From: an uncultured Chloroflexia bacterium
GTDB lineage: Bacteria > Chloroflexota > Limnocylindria > Limnocylindrales > CSP1-4
Direction of reading: 5' to 3'
DNA length: 64,000 nt
Assembly: GCA_963728605.1 (NCBI GenBank)
Contig: CAVSKS010000002.1
Coordinates: forward strand, 210,607-274,606
The position numbers and the translations under genes are program-made. How positions within the stretch are numbered: position 1 is the first letter of the stretch; each line of letters begins with the position of its first letter. Below are positions 20,466 through 29,439 of the stretch, in pieces. The notes below the pieces were generated by a model. It saw only the letters and a list, made by a program, of their open reading frames with translations, did no database searches and had not been told where the DNA came from.

Positions 20466-21271
20466 CGGACGAGTTTGCCCGTGCGGACCGTGGCGGCGCG
20501 ATAGACGTCGCCGGGGAGGCCGCGGGCCGAGATGGCGTTGGCGACGCTGAGCACGTCGAACTCGGTCCGCCGGATCTCGGCCTTGGTGACCGGATCCCGG
20601 CGGGCGGGCGGTTCGTCGTCGTCGGCGTCCCGGTCGGGAGCCGGGGCAGGACCGCCCCCCTCGTCGATCTCGATCAGTGCCCAGGACGCCGTGGGGTCGC
20701 CGTCGAAGACGTAGCCGGCCGAACCGGCGTTGACGATCCGCTTGAAGCCCAGGTCACGGATCTCCGGAATGTGGGTGTGGCCGCAGCCGATGACCCGGGC
20801 GTCGGTTCGGGCCGCGCGCTCGAAGACCACCGACGCGTCGAGCGCCTGATCGAAGCCCTGGGTCTGCGAGCCCGGCGAGGCATGGGTGATGAGGACCAGC
20901 GTCTCGCCGATCCGGAGGCGTCGTTCGGCCGGCAACTTGCGCAGCCAGTCGACGCCGTCGGAGCCGATCTGGTCGTGGGCCCATTCCGCGGCCGCCCGGA
21001 AGGAGTCGGGCACGCCCTCGGTGAGCCAGGGGAAGGCGGCGGTGTAGTCGAAGTCGGCGACGGCGATGTCGGTGTTGCCCTGGACGACGAGCGCGCCGTC
21101 GGCCTCGAGCTCGCGGATCCCGTCGAGCGTCGCCGCGGGCTCGGGACCGATGAGCACGAGGTCGCCGCAGATCATCACCGCGTCCGGCTTGGCGCTCTTG
21201 ACCTGTTTTCGGACGGCCGCCAGCGCGGTCGCGTTGCCATGGGTGTCGGACAGGATCGCGAGGCGAGCCAC
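20462..21271 (-). CDS. Calcineurin-like metallophosphoesterase (YfcE-like)
   Basis: SDTHGN, GDLV, GNTD, THA and GHTH motifs. Confidence 0.88.
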   Translation of the reverse strand: MARLAILSDTHGNATALAAVRKQVKSAKPDAVMICGDLVLIGPEPAATLDGIRELEADGALVVQGNTDIAVADFDYTAAFPWLTEGVPDSFRAAAEWAHDQIGSDGVDWLRKLPAERRLRIGETLVLITHASPGSQTQGFDQALDASVVFERAARTDARVIGCGHTHIPEIRDLGFKRIVNAGSAGYVFDGDPTASWALIEIDEGGGPAPAPDRDADDDEPPARRDPVTKAEIRRTEFDVLSVANAISARGLPGDVYRAATVRTGKLVR

Positions 21272-21774
21272 TACCGCAGTACCCCCGCCGGTGGGATGAC
21301 GAAACTCAGTAGCCCTTCACAGGCAACCTCGCCGTCGACCGTCGCCACGCCCCTCCCGCGCCCGAAGCGCGAGCCGAGCTTCTCCATGGTGACCTCGAGC
21401 CGGAGGGTGTCGCCGGGGGCCACGATCCGCTTGAAGCGGACCTCGTCGATCCCCGCAAACAGCCCGATCCGGTCGCCGAAGCCGGGCTGCTTGGCAACGT
21501 AGATCGCCATGGTCTGGGCCAGCGCCTCGACCTGGAACACGCCGGGCATCACCGGCAGACCCGGAAAGTGGCCCTGGAAGTACCACTCGTTCGCCGTCAC
21601 CCCCTTGATCCCGACGATCCGCTTGGCCTCCGGGTCGTACTCGACGATCCGGTCGACGAGCAGGATCGGCCAGCGATGCGGGATCAGACCCTCGATCTCC
21701 GCGGTCGTATGGACGATCCCCGCCGTGGTCGTGGCGGCGGGCGAGGGCGCTGGGGCGGTGGTGGTCTCGGTCAC
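21271..21774 (-). CDS. fabZ: 3-hydroxyacyl-ACP dehydratase
   Basis: IPHRWPILLVDRI, FQGHFPGLPVMPGV..EALAQ. Confidence 0.95.
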   Translation of the reverse strand: MTETTTAPAPSPAATTTAGIVHTTAEIEGLIPHRWPILLVDRIVEYDPEAKRIVGIKGVTANEWYFQGHFPGLPVMPGVFQVEALAQTMAIYVAKQPGFGDRIGLFAGIDEVRFKRIVAPGDTLRLEVTMEKLGSRFGRGRGVATVDGEVACEGLLSFVIPPAGVLR

Positions 21775-21896
21775 GGGCAGCTCCGGTTCGGTTGCTTGCA
21801 GTGTCGGCTATTCACTCGAGTCGCGCGGCCATTTGCGTGCAGGTCTGCACGACATTTCGGTGCACCTTGCGCGGCGCGGCCCCCCTCCGGGTGCCG

Positions 21897-23267
21897 TCAC
21901 GCCCTGGTCGCAGCCGCCAGGAACGCGGCGCTTCCGACCCGGTCCAGCAGGCTCGTCGTCACCTTGCCTTCGAGGAACGCCTCCGACGCAAGCAGGGCCT
22001 GGTGGATCGCGACGTTGGTCACGAGGCCCTCGATGAGCAGCTCGTCGAGGGCCCGCTTGGAGCGCTCGATCGCCGACGCCCGGTCCGGGCCCCAGACGAT
22101 GAGCTTGCCGAGCAGCGAGTCGTACCACGGTGGCACCTCGTAGCCGGCATACAGGTGCGAGTCCATCCGGACGCCGGGACCACCCGGTACGACGTATCGC
22201 TCGATGATGCCGGTGTCGGGCCGGAAGTCGTGCTCCGGGTCCTCGGCGTTGATCCGGAACTCGATCGCGTGCCCGCGGACCTCGACGTCCGCCTGGCTGA
22301 ACCCCAGCGGCTCGCCGGCCGCGATCTTGATCTGGGTGGCGACGAGGTCGATCCCGGTCAGCATCTCCGTGACCGGGTGCTCCACCTGGATCCGGCAGTT
22401 GATCTCGATGAAGTACGGGTTGCCATCGCGATCGACGAGGAACTCGAGGGTGCCCACGTTCTCGTAGCCGGCCGAGACGACCGCCCGGATGGCCCGGTCG
22501 CAGAGCTCGGTACGGGCGGCCGGCGAGAGGGCCGGCGTGGGTGCCTCCTCGAGGATCTTCTGGTGGCGTCGCTGGACCGAGCAGTCGCGCTCGCCAAGAT
22601 GGACGCCACGGCCGTACCGGTCGACGGCGACCTGGACCTCGACGTGGCGGTTGTCCTCGAGCCACTTCTCGAGGTACAGCGAGTCGTCCCCGAAGGCGGC
22701 CTTGGCCTCCGACCGGCAGACCTTGACCGCCGACTCGAGCTCGCGCGGCGAGCGGACCATCCGCATCCCTTTGCCCCCGCCGCCGGCCGACGGCTTGATG
22801 AGGACCGGATAGCCGATCCGCTCCGCTTCCTCGAGGGCGTGGATGTCGTCGCGCAGCAGCCCGAGCGAGCCGGGGATCGTCGGCAGGCCCTGGGCGCCGA
22901 GCAGCCGGCGGCTGCCCTCCTTGCTGGCAAACCGCTCGAGGACCTGGGGCGGCGGCCCGATGAACGTCAGCTCATGGGCCCGGACTACCTCGGCGAAGCC
23001 CTCGTCCTCGGACAGGAAGCCGTAGCCCGGGTGGATGGCGTCGCAGCCGGTCACGATCGCCGCCGAGATCACCGCCGGCGCGGACAGGTAGGAGCGCTTG
23101 GCGTCCGCCGGTCCGATGCAGATCGCCTCGTCGGCGAGCTGGACCGGCAGGCTCTCGCGGTCGGCCTCGCTGTAGGCGACCACCGCCTCGACGCCCAGCT
23201 CGCGGCAGGCGCGCAGGATCCGCAGGGCGATCTCGCCCCGGTTGGCGATCAGGATCTTGCGGAACAT
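21897..23267 (-). CDS. accC: Acetyl-CoA carboxylase biotin carboxylase
   Basis: KILIANRGEIA, HPGYGFLSE, GGGGKGMR, ERDCSVQRRHQK, RIQVEHPVTE. Confidence 0.96.
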   Translation of the reverse strand: MFRKILIANRGEIALRILRACRELGVEAVVAYSEADRESLPVQLADEAICIGPADAKRSYLSAPAVISAAIVTGCDAIHPGYGFLSEDEGFAEVVRAHELTFIGPPPQVLERFASKEGSRRLLGAQGLPTIPGSLGLLRDDIHALEEAERIGYPVLIKPSAGGGGKGMRMVRSPRELESAVKVCRSEAKAAFGDDSLYLEKWLEDNRHVEVQVAVDRYGRGVHLGERDCSVQRRHQKILEEAPTPALSPAARTELCDRAIRAVVSAGYENVGTLEFLVDRDGNPYFIEINCRIQVEHPVTEMLTGIDLVATQIKIAAGEPLGFSQADVEVRGHAIEFRINAEDPEHDFRPDTGIIERYVVPGGPGVRMDSHLYAGYEVPPWYDSLLGKLIVWGPDRASAIERSKRALDELLIEGLVTNVAIHQALLASEAFLEGKVTTSLLDRVGSAAFLAAATRA

Positions 23268-23968
23268 CAGCCCTCGCCTTCGGGGCTCGCGACAGGTGCG
23301 TCGTCAAGCGAAGGGTCGCCGATCCTCGCGGTGGACCCGATCAGCTCGATCACCACCAGGTCCTGGCCGTACTCCACCGCGTCGCCGGACTCGGCGAGGC
23401 TGGCACCCACGATGCCGTCCGCCGGGGCGATGACCTCCTGGGGCACGCCCAGCATGTCCACGTTGCCGATCCGGTCGCCGGCCCGAACGCGCGTGCCCGC
23501 CCGGATCTGCGTCGACGGGCGATAGACGCCCACCGCAGGTGACGTGGCGACGGTGCGGTGCTGGTCGGCGTCTCCGCGCCGCCGATCCCCGGGCTGGCCG
23601 GTATCGGTCCGTGCCGGTCCCACGGGGACGGGCTCCGCCGGACCGCTGCCGTTCGACGAGTGGCCGGTGGCCATCCCGGCCTGCCGGGCGGCGCGGTGTC
23701 CCTCGATCGCCGCCGGTGCGTGGCCATGGCCGGAGTGGCCCGGCTGCGACCGCGACGGGCGGTCGGTCGCCCGGCGGCCCTGGTTCGGACCGTCGCCGGG
23801 GCGCCGCAGGCGGACCTTCCAGTCACCCTCGCGGACCTCGATCTCGCCCAGGCCGGTCGCGGCGAGCTTCGCGATCAGCGCCGGGAGCAGCTCCGTGCTG
23901 AGCCGCTCGATCTCGGCATGGTCCGCCGCCCGCGCGCGAGGCTTCGCGTTGGGGCGAGGGTCGGGCAC
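23267..23968 (-). CDS. BCCP-like biotin/lipoyl-attachment-fold protein lacking the biotinylated Lys (BADC-like)
   Basis: BCCP architecture (L.EIEV..G N-domain, linker, SPAVG....V.AGD.IG, G..VEYGQ.L..I), but EAMK is replaced by DMLG. Confidence 0.85.
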   Translation of the reverse strand: MPDPRPNAKPRARAADHAEIERLSTELLPALIAKLAATGLGEIEVREGDWKVRLRRPGDGPNQGRRATDRPSRSQPGHSGHGHAPAAIEGHRAARQAGMATGHSSNGSGPAEPVPVGPARTDTGQPGDRRRGDADQHRTVATSPAVGVYRPSTQIRAGTRVRAGDRIGNVDMLGVPQEVIAPADGIVGASLAESGDAVEYGQDLVVIELIGSTARIGDPSLDDAPVASPEGEG

Positions 23969-23971
23969 TCG

Positions 23972-24982
23972 TCAGACCTCCTCTCGGGCCGGCGGCTCGT
24001 CCCGGCCGCGTCCCGGTCCGGGCAATCCGCTGGACCACCGTCCCGGATCGAACGCCTTTCGCAGCCGGTCGCCCAGGCCAATGCGATCCGGAGCCGCCGT
24101 CGGTGGCGCCGTTTCCACCTCAGTGTAGGCGCCCAGGGTGCGGTACCGGCGGTACCTGGCGTCGACCAGCGCATCGACCGGGACGCGCTCCAGGGCGACG
24201 AGCTGTTCGAGGATCACGGCACGCAGCCGCCGGGCGGTCTCGGCATGGTCGGTGTGGGCGCCCTCGCCCGGTTCGGGGACGACGATGTCGATGACGCCCA
24301 GCTCGGCCTGTTCGGACGCGGTCATCCGCATCGCCACCGCCGCGGCCGGCGCCTCCTCCGGCGTTCGCCACAGGATCGACGCGCAACCCTCGGGGCTGAT
24401 CACCGAATAGACGGCGTTCTCGAGGGCGATCACGATGTCCCCGACGGCGATCGCCAGCGCCCCACCGGAGCCACCTTCGCCGGTGATCACCGCGACGATC
24501 GGGACACGGAGGCGGGTCATCAGCGCGATCGAGCGGGCGATCGCCTCGGCGATCCCGCGCTCCTCCGATTCGGGGCCCGGGTGGGCGCCCGGGACGTCGA
24601 CGAACGTCACGACCGGCAGGTTGAAACGCTCGGCCAGCTCCATCGCCCGGATCGCCTTGCGATAGCCCTCGGGGTGGGGCATGCCGAAGTTGCGGCGGAT
24701 GTTCTCGTCGGTGTCGGCGCCCTTCTGCTGGCCGATCACCACCGCCCGCCGGCCGGAGATCCGGGCCAGCCCCACGACCAACGCCGGGTCGTCGCCGAAT
24801 GACCGGTCCCCGTGGAGCTCGATGAACTCGTCGGCCAGGGTGTCGAGCAGCTCCAGGGTCCTCGGACGCCGCAGGTTGCGAGCCAGCTGGACGCGGTTCC
24901 AGACCGCATCCTTCGGATCGACCTGGGCCGCCGCGGCAGCCTGCTCGCGGCCGCGGCCGAGCAGGCGGTCAACCATCGTCAT
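23972..24982 (-). CDS. accA: Acetyl-CoA carboxylase carboxyltransferase alpha
   Basis: ELHGDR..GDD, RNFGMPHPEGYRKA, GEGGSGGAL, YSVISPEGCASIL. Confidence 0.95.
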   Translation of the reverse strand: MTMVDRLLGRGREQAAAAAQVDPKDAVWNRVQLARNLRRPRTLELLDTLADEFIELHGDRSFGDDPALVVGLARISGRRAVVIGQQKGADTDENIRRNFGMPHPEGYRKAIRAMELAERFNLPVVTFVDVPGAHPGPESEERGIAEAIARSIALMTRLRVPIVAVITGEGGSGGALAIAVGDIVIALENAVYSVISPEGCASILWRTPEEAPAAAVAMRMTASEQAELGVIDIVVPEPGEGAHTDHAETARRLRAVILEQLVALERVPVDALVDARYRRYRTLGAYTEVETAPPTAAPDRIGLGDRLRKAFDPGRWSSGLPGPGRGRDEPPAREEV

Positions 24983-26021
24983 CTCCGTTGGCCTTGCCGC
25001 GTGGCGGGTTCGAGCGGGGCGGGAGGGCGAGGGTCGGCTCACGAGTCGGTGGTGGCTCGGCGGGCTGGGACGGCCGGCCGTTTCCCTCGCCGTCGGCGTC
25101 AGGGATCACCCGGTCGGCCAGGGCCGAGAGGAAGGACAGCGGCCGGAACGAGGGCAACGAGAAGTCGTCGCTGCCGTTGGTTGCCTCGGCCGGCGCCGGC
25201 TCGAGGAAGCCCAGCAGGGCGGCGATCTCCGGCCGGAGCTGGGAGCGGTGGACGACCCGGTCGACGAAGCCGTGCTCGAACAGGAACTCCGAGCGCTGGA
25301 AGCCGGGTGGCAGCTCCTGGGCGATCGTGCCGGCGGAGACCCGGGCGCCGGCAAAGCCGATGAGGGCGTTGGGCTCCGCGAGGTTGATGTCGCCGATGAC
25401 GGCGAACGAGGCGAACACGCCGCCGGTGGTGGGGTCGCTCATGACGCTGATGAACGGCACGCCGGCGGCGCGCAGCCGCTCGACCGCGGCGATGGTCTTG
25501 GCCAGCTGCATCAGGGCCAGGCTGCCCTCCTGCATTCGCGCCCCGCCCGACGCGGCGACGACGATCAGCGGCAGCCGGGCTGCAAGGGCCGTCTCGGCAG
25601 CGCGAGCCACCTTCTCGCCGACGACCGCACCCATCGAGCCACCCATGAACCCGAAGTCCATGACGCAGATCGCGACCCGCCGGCCATCGATCGCGCCGAT
25701 CCCCCACACCGCGGCGTCCCGGAGCCCGGTCGCCAGCTGGGCCGCCGCGACCCGGTCGGGGTACGTCTTCTGGTCCACGAAGCCGAGCGGGTCGACCGAC
25801 TGGAGCCCCGCATCGCGCTCCTCGAACGTGCCCGCGTCGAGCAGCTGCTCGAGGCGCATCTCGGCCGACAGGCGGAAATGGTGGCCGCACGACGGGCAGA
25901 CCCGCATCACCTTGTCGAGCTGCTTGTTGAACAGCATCTCCTCGCACGACGGGCACTTGGTCCACAGGTCCGGCGGGTGCGCGTCCCGGCGGGGGCGGAA
26001 GGACGGCAGCTTGATCGGCAT
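24969..26021 (-). CDS. accD: Acetyl-CoA carboxylase carboxyltransferase beta
   Basis: WTKCPSC...CPSC zinc finger, FMGGSMG..VGEK, SGGARMQEG, PTTGGV.AS. Confidence 0.95.
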   Translation of the reverse strand: MPIKLPSFRPRRDAHPPDLWTKCPSCEEMLFNKQLDKVMRVCPSCGHHFRLSAEMRLEQLLDAGTFEERDAGLQSVDPLGFVDQKTYPDRVAAAQLATGLRDAAVWGIGAIDGRRVAICVMDFGFMGGSMGAVVGEKVARAAETALAARLPLIVVAASGGARMQEGSLALMQLAKTIAAVERLRAAGVPFISVMSDPTTGGVFASFAVIGDINLAEPNALIGFAGARVSAGTIAQELPPGFQRSEFLFEHGFVDRVVHRSQLRPEIAALLGFLEPAPAEATNGSDDFSLPSFRPLSFLSALADRVIPDADGEGNGRPSQPAEPPPTREPTLALPPRSNPPRGKANGDDDG

Positions 26022-26560
26022 CAGCGCTGGCTCGAGCGCATCGCGCCGGACTTGCGGGCCTGGTGGGCGGCCCGCACGGCGCGGGCCATCGGCGACCCGC
26101 GGCGGGCCGGGGCCTGCGACCGGCGCCAGGCCACCCAGGCGGCCCCGGCGAGGGACAGGGCGGCGGACGTCAGCGCGCCACCGATCAGGAGGGGCCGGAT
26201 CGTCTGCGGCTCGTCCGGCTCGTCGCGGAGCGGATCGGCGAGCGGGTCGAAGTCGGGATCGATGCCGGCCAGCGGCAGGAGCGGCACGGGCAGGGTCTCG
26301 CCGCCGGCCGCCGACGCGAGCTGCATCTCCTGGGCGGCCCGTCCGAGCCGCGCCGCCAGCCGCTCCTCGAACCGGAACGAGGGATGGAACCGGACCAGCT
26401 CGCGGGCGAGGGTCCGGGCCGCGTCACGGACGGCCGGGTCGAGCTCCGCGTCCGTTGGCACGTCGCCGGTGTGGCGCTCCGCGGCGGTCAGCAAAGCCTC
26501 GAGGTAGCGATCGGTCCGGAGCGCCTCGACCTCGTGGTCGTCCCGCGACTCGGCCATCAC
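26021..26560 (-). CDS. Hypothetical single-TM protein, putative anti-sigma factor
   Basis: Coupled downstream of the ECF sigma; cytoplasmic N-terminus with PSFRFEERL..RL; one C-terminal TM. Confidence 0.55.
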   Translation of the reverse strand: MMAESRDDHEVEALRTDRYLEALLTAAERHTGDVPTDAELDPAVRDAARTLARELVRFHPSFRFEERLAARLGRAAQEMQLASAAGGETLPVPLLPLAGIDPDFDPLADPLRDEPDEPQTIRPLLIGGALTSAALSLAGAAWVAWRRSQAPARRGSPMARAVRAAHQARKSGAMRSSQR

Positions 26561-27168
26561 CGCGGACCGTCACGGAGATCGCGGCCGACCGATCGGAGCG
26601 CCCGATGGAGCAGCACCCGGACCGCGCCCTCGGTTCGGCCAAGGACGCCGGCGATCTCGGCGGTCGTCATCTCGTTGACGAAGCGCATGACGATCGCCCG
26701 GCGGCGATCGGCCGGCAGGCGATTCACGGCCCGCCAGGCATCGGCGGCCTCGTCGCGGAGGGTCACCTGGCGCTCCACGTCGGCCTCGTCCGGCACGTTG
26801 GCGGCCGCCTCGAGCGATGCCTCGGGGTGGCGATTGCGGGTCCGCCGTTCGTTGGCGACCACGTTGCGGGCGATCCGGAACAGCCAGACGCGGAACGTCG
26901 ACGCTCCCTCCCCGTCTTCGGGGCGTGCCCGTTCGTCGAACCTGTGGAGGTTCGAGAGGGCGGCAAGGAACGTTTTCTCGGTCGCGTCCTCGGCCTGGTG
27001 ATGGTCGCCGAGCTCGTAGTACGCGTAGCTGTACACCTGGGCGAGATACCTGCGGTAAAGGGCCTCGAACCGTTGGGGATCGCGGCGTGCCGCCTCCACC
27101 AGCGGACGGTCGCGATCGAGATGGGTGAGCTTTGGACGGTTCGCTCTTCCAAACACCGGTCGGGCCAT
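26557..27168 (-). CDS. ECF sigma-70 factor
   Basis: FEALYRRY, AEDATEKTF, FRVWLFRIARN; region 4 EIA.VLG.TEGAVRVLLHRA. Confidence 0.92.
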   Translation of the reverse strand: MARPVFGRANRPKLTHLDRDRPLVEAARRDPQRFEALYRRYLAQVYSYAYYELGDHHQAEDATEKTFLAALSNLHRFDERARPEDGEGASTFRVWLFRIARNVVANERRTRNRHPEASLEAAANVPDEADVERQVTLRDEAADAWRAVNRLPADRRRAIVMRFVNEMTTAEIAGVLGRTEGAVRVLLHRALRSVGRDLRDGPR

Positions 27169-27172
27169 CGCG

Positions 27173-27973
27173 TTACACCCCGCCCGCGAGCCGGACGTGG
27201 ACGATCTCCGCCGAGGAGATGGAACGCGGGCCATTGGCGCCGCCGATCACGAGGGCCCCGGTAGCGGCGTCGACGTCCAGCGCGGTCGCCTGCTCGCGCC
27301 GGCCGCCGGCGGTCTCGATCGTGATCTGCCGGCCGGTGGTCGCCTGGCGTCCGGCCCAGGCCGGCTGGTCGAACTCGTCGCGGCGCAGCGCCGCGTAGCG
27401 GGTCTCAAATCCCGCCAGGAACCCGACGAGCAGGCGCTCGCGATCGATCGACCGACCGCGTGCAAGCTCGTGGAGCGAGGTCATCGTCTCGGCGAGCTCG
27501 GCCGGGAAGTCCTCTCGGGCCCAGCCGGCATTGACGCCGATACCAACCACGACGCGCGGGTCATCGGTCCCCAGCCCGACCGACTCGCCGAGGACGCCGG
27601 CCAGCTTGCGAACGCCGGTCGCTGTTTCGACGACCAGATCGTTCGGCCACTTGAGGCGGATCGTGCCGGGGGCGACGCCGGCGGCGCCTTCGGCCGCCTC
27701 CGCCATTGCCAGGCTGATCGTCGCGGCGAGGCGCCAGGTGCGGTCGGCGGCCAGCCAGGACGGCCGAAAGCCCAGCGAGAGCAGGAGCGCGGCGCCGGCC
27801 GGAGCGATCCAGCGGCGGGCCTCCCGGCCGCGACCCTGAGTCTGCTCGTCGGCGACCGCGACGGCGACCTCCTGGGTGCCCGCCGCGAGCCAGTCGCGGA
27901 CGACGTCGTTGGTCGAGCCGACGCGCTCGAAGCGCTCGATCCTGGAAAGCAGGGGCGGAGCGGCCGTCACCAC
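27173..27973 (-). CDS. birA: Biotin--protein ligase (no N-terminal HTH)
   Basis: GSTND, QTQGRGR, LKWPNDL, KLAGVL, GIGVN. Confidence 0.93.
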   Translation of the reverse strand: MVTAAPPLLSRIERFERVGSTNDVVRDWLAAGTQEVAVAVADEQTQGRGREARRWIAPAGAALLLSLGFRPSWLAADRTWRLAATISLAMAEAAEGAAGVAPGTIRLKWPNDLVVETATGVRKLAGVLGESVGLGTDDPRVVVGIGVNAGWAREDFPAELAETMTSLHELARGRSIDRERLLVGFLAGFETRYAALRRDEFDQPAWAGRQATTGRQITIETAGGRREQATALDVDAATGALVIGGANGPRSISSAEIVHVRLAGGV

Positions 27974-27975
27974 GC

Positions 27976-29238
27976 TCAGCCGGCGGCGGCGGTTTCGAGG
28001 GGCTCGGGCCGCTCGAGCTCGAACGCCCGGTGGAGGGCATTGAGCGCGGTCTCGAGGGCATCCTCGGCGATGATCGTCGTGATCCGGATCTCCGATGTCG
28101 AGATCATCTCGATGTTGACCCCGGCGTCGGCCAGCGTCTGGAACATCCGGGCCGCGTAGCCCGGCGTGTTGTGGATCCCGGCGCCGACGATCGAGACCTT
28201 GGCCACGGCGCTGTCGGTCGTCAGCTCGCGGAAGCCGAGATCGCGGGCCACGGGCTCGAGGATCCGCTTGGCCTTCGCCAGCTCGACCCGCGGGATCGTG
28301 AAGCTCAGGTCGGTCGCGCCGTGGTGACCCACGTTCTGGACGATCATGTCGACGTTGATCCCGGCATCGGCCAGCGGCTGGAAGACGTGGGCGGCGACGC
28401 CCGGCTTGTCGGGCACTTCGACCAGCGTGACCTTGGCGACGTTTCGGTCGTGGGCCAGCCCGCGGACCTTGTTCCGCTGTTCCACGTGCGGGTCCTCCGT
28501 GATGAGCGTTCCGGGGGCGTCCTCGAACGAGCTGAGGACCTCGATGGCGACCTGGTTGACCCAGCCGAGCTCGACGGCCCGGGTCTGCATGACCTGGGCG
28601 CCCTGGTTGGCGAGCTCGAGCATCTCCTCGTAGCCGATGACCGGGAGCTGGCGGGCGCCCTGGACGATCCGGGGATCGGCCGTGTAGATGCCGCGGACAT
28701 CCGTGAAGACCTGGCATTTGTGGGCTTCGAGCCGCGCAGCAAGGGCGACGGCCGTCGTGTCCGAGCCGCCTCGGCCAAGCGTGGTCATCTCGGCATCAGC
28801 GCTCGCCTGCTCGCTGAGGCCCTGGAAACCGGCGACGATCACGACCTTGCCGGCTTCGAGCTCCTGGCGGATTCGCCGCGGCTCGACGCCGGCGATCCGG
28901 GCCTTGCCGTAGCGGCCATCGGTGGTGATGCCGGCCTGGGCGCCGGTCAGGCTGATCGCCGGGACGCCCATCGCGTGGAGGGCCATCGAGACCAGGGTGG
29001 CTGACTGGTGCTCGCCGGTCGCGAGGAGCACGTCCAGCTCGCGCTCGTCCGGCTCGTCGGTGACGGCGCCGGCAAGAGCGATCAGGTGATCCGTGGTGTC
29101 GCCCATCGCCGAGACGACGACCACGAGGTCGCTGCCCGCGCTCCGCTCCCGGGCGACCCTGCGTGCCACGCGCCAAATCCGGTCCGCATCGGCCAGCGAG
29201 GAACCGCCGAATTTCTGAACGACGACGGGGGCAGCCAT
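27976..29238 (-). CDS. lysC: Aspartate kinase with two ACT domains
   Basis: VQKFGGSS, VVSAMGDTTD, TLGRGGSDTTA, ISTSEI. Confidence 0.95.
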   Translation of the reverse strand: MAAPVVVQKFGGSSLADADRIWRVARRVARERSAGSDLVVVVSAMGDTTDHLIALAGAVTDEPDERELDVLLATGEHQSATLVSMALHAMGVPAISLTGAQAGITTDGRYGKARIAGVEPRRIRQELEAGKVVIVAGFQGLSEQASADAEMTTLGRGGSDTTAVALAARLEAHKCQVFTDVRGIYTADPRIVQGARQLPVIGYEEMLELANQGAQVMQTRAVELGWVNQVAIEVLSSFEDAPGTLITEDPHVEQRNKVRGLAHDRNVAKVTLVEVPDKPGVAAHVFQPLADAGINVDMIVQNVGHHGATDLSFTIPRVELAKAKRILEPVARDLGFRELTTDSAVAKVSIVGAGIHNTPGYAARMFQTLADAGVNIEMISTSEIRITTIIAEDALETALNALHRAFELERPEPLETAAAG

Positions 29239-29311
29239 GATCCGAGGGATTCTAGCAGCGGCAATTCGGGGCTCCGGCCGTGCCGGCGCTCCGCGCGCCG
29301 CCCCCGCATTC

Positions 29312-29439
29312 CTGGCCAGATTTGCACACCATGAAAGCAAGACCACGTTCATGGTTCCAGGTGCGCCCGTCCACGCACGAACCCGCGCCGGACACAGGCA
29401 AAGCGCGGCTTTGCTGTCCCGGGGTGGAAATCTGGCCGC
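29312..29439. repeat. Degenerate inverted pair of REP-like palindromic units
   Basis: 29312 CTGGCCAGATTTGCACACCATGAAAGCAAG resembles minus-strand GCGGCCAGATTTCCACCCCGGGACAGCAAAG from 29439; each arm contains its own hairpin. Confidence 0.5.

Noticed and set aside
27173-28717. Apparent long N-terminal extensions or fusions (BirA 514 aa, ThrB 572 aa, GH13 764 aa, cupin 661 aa, AccB 411 aa)
   Set aside because: The extensions are off-frame reads through neighbouring genes; coupled internal starts explain them
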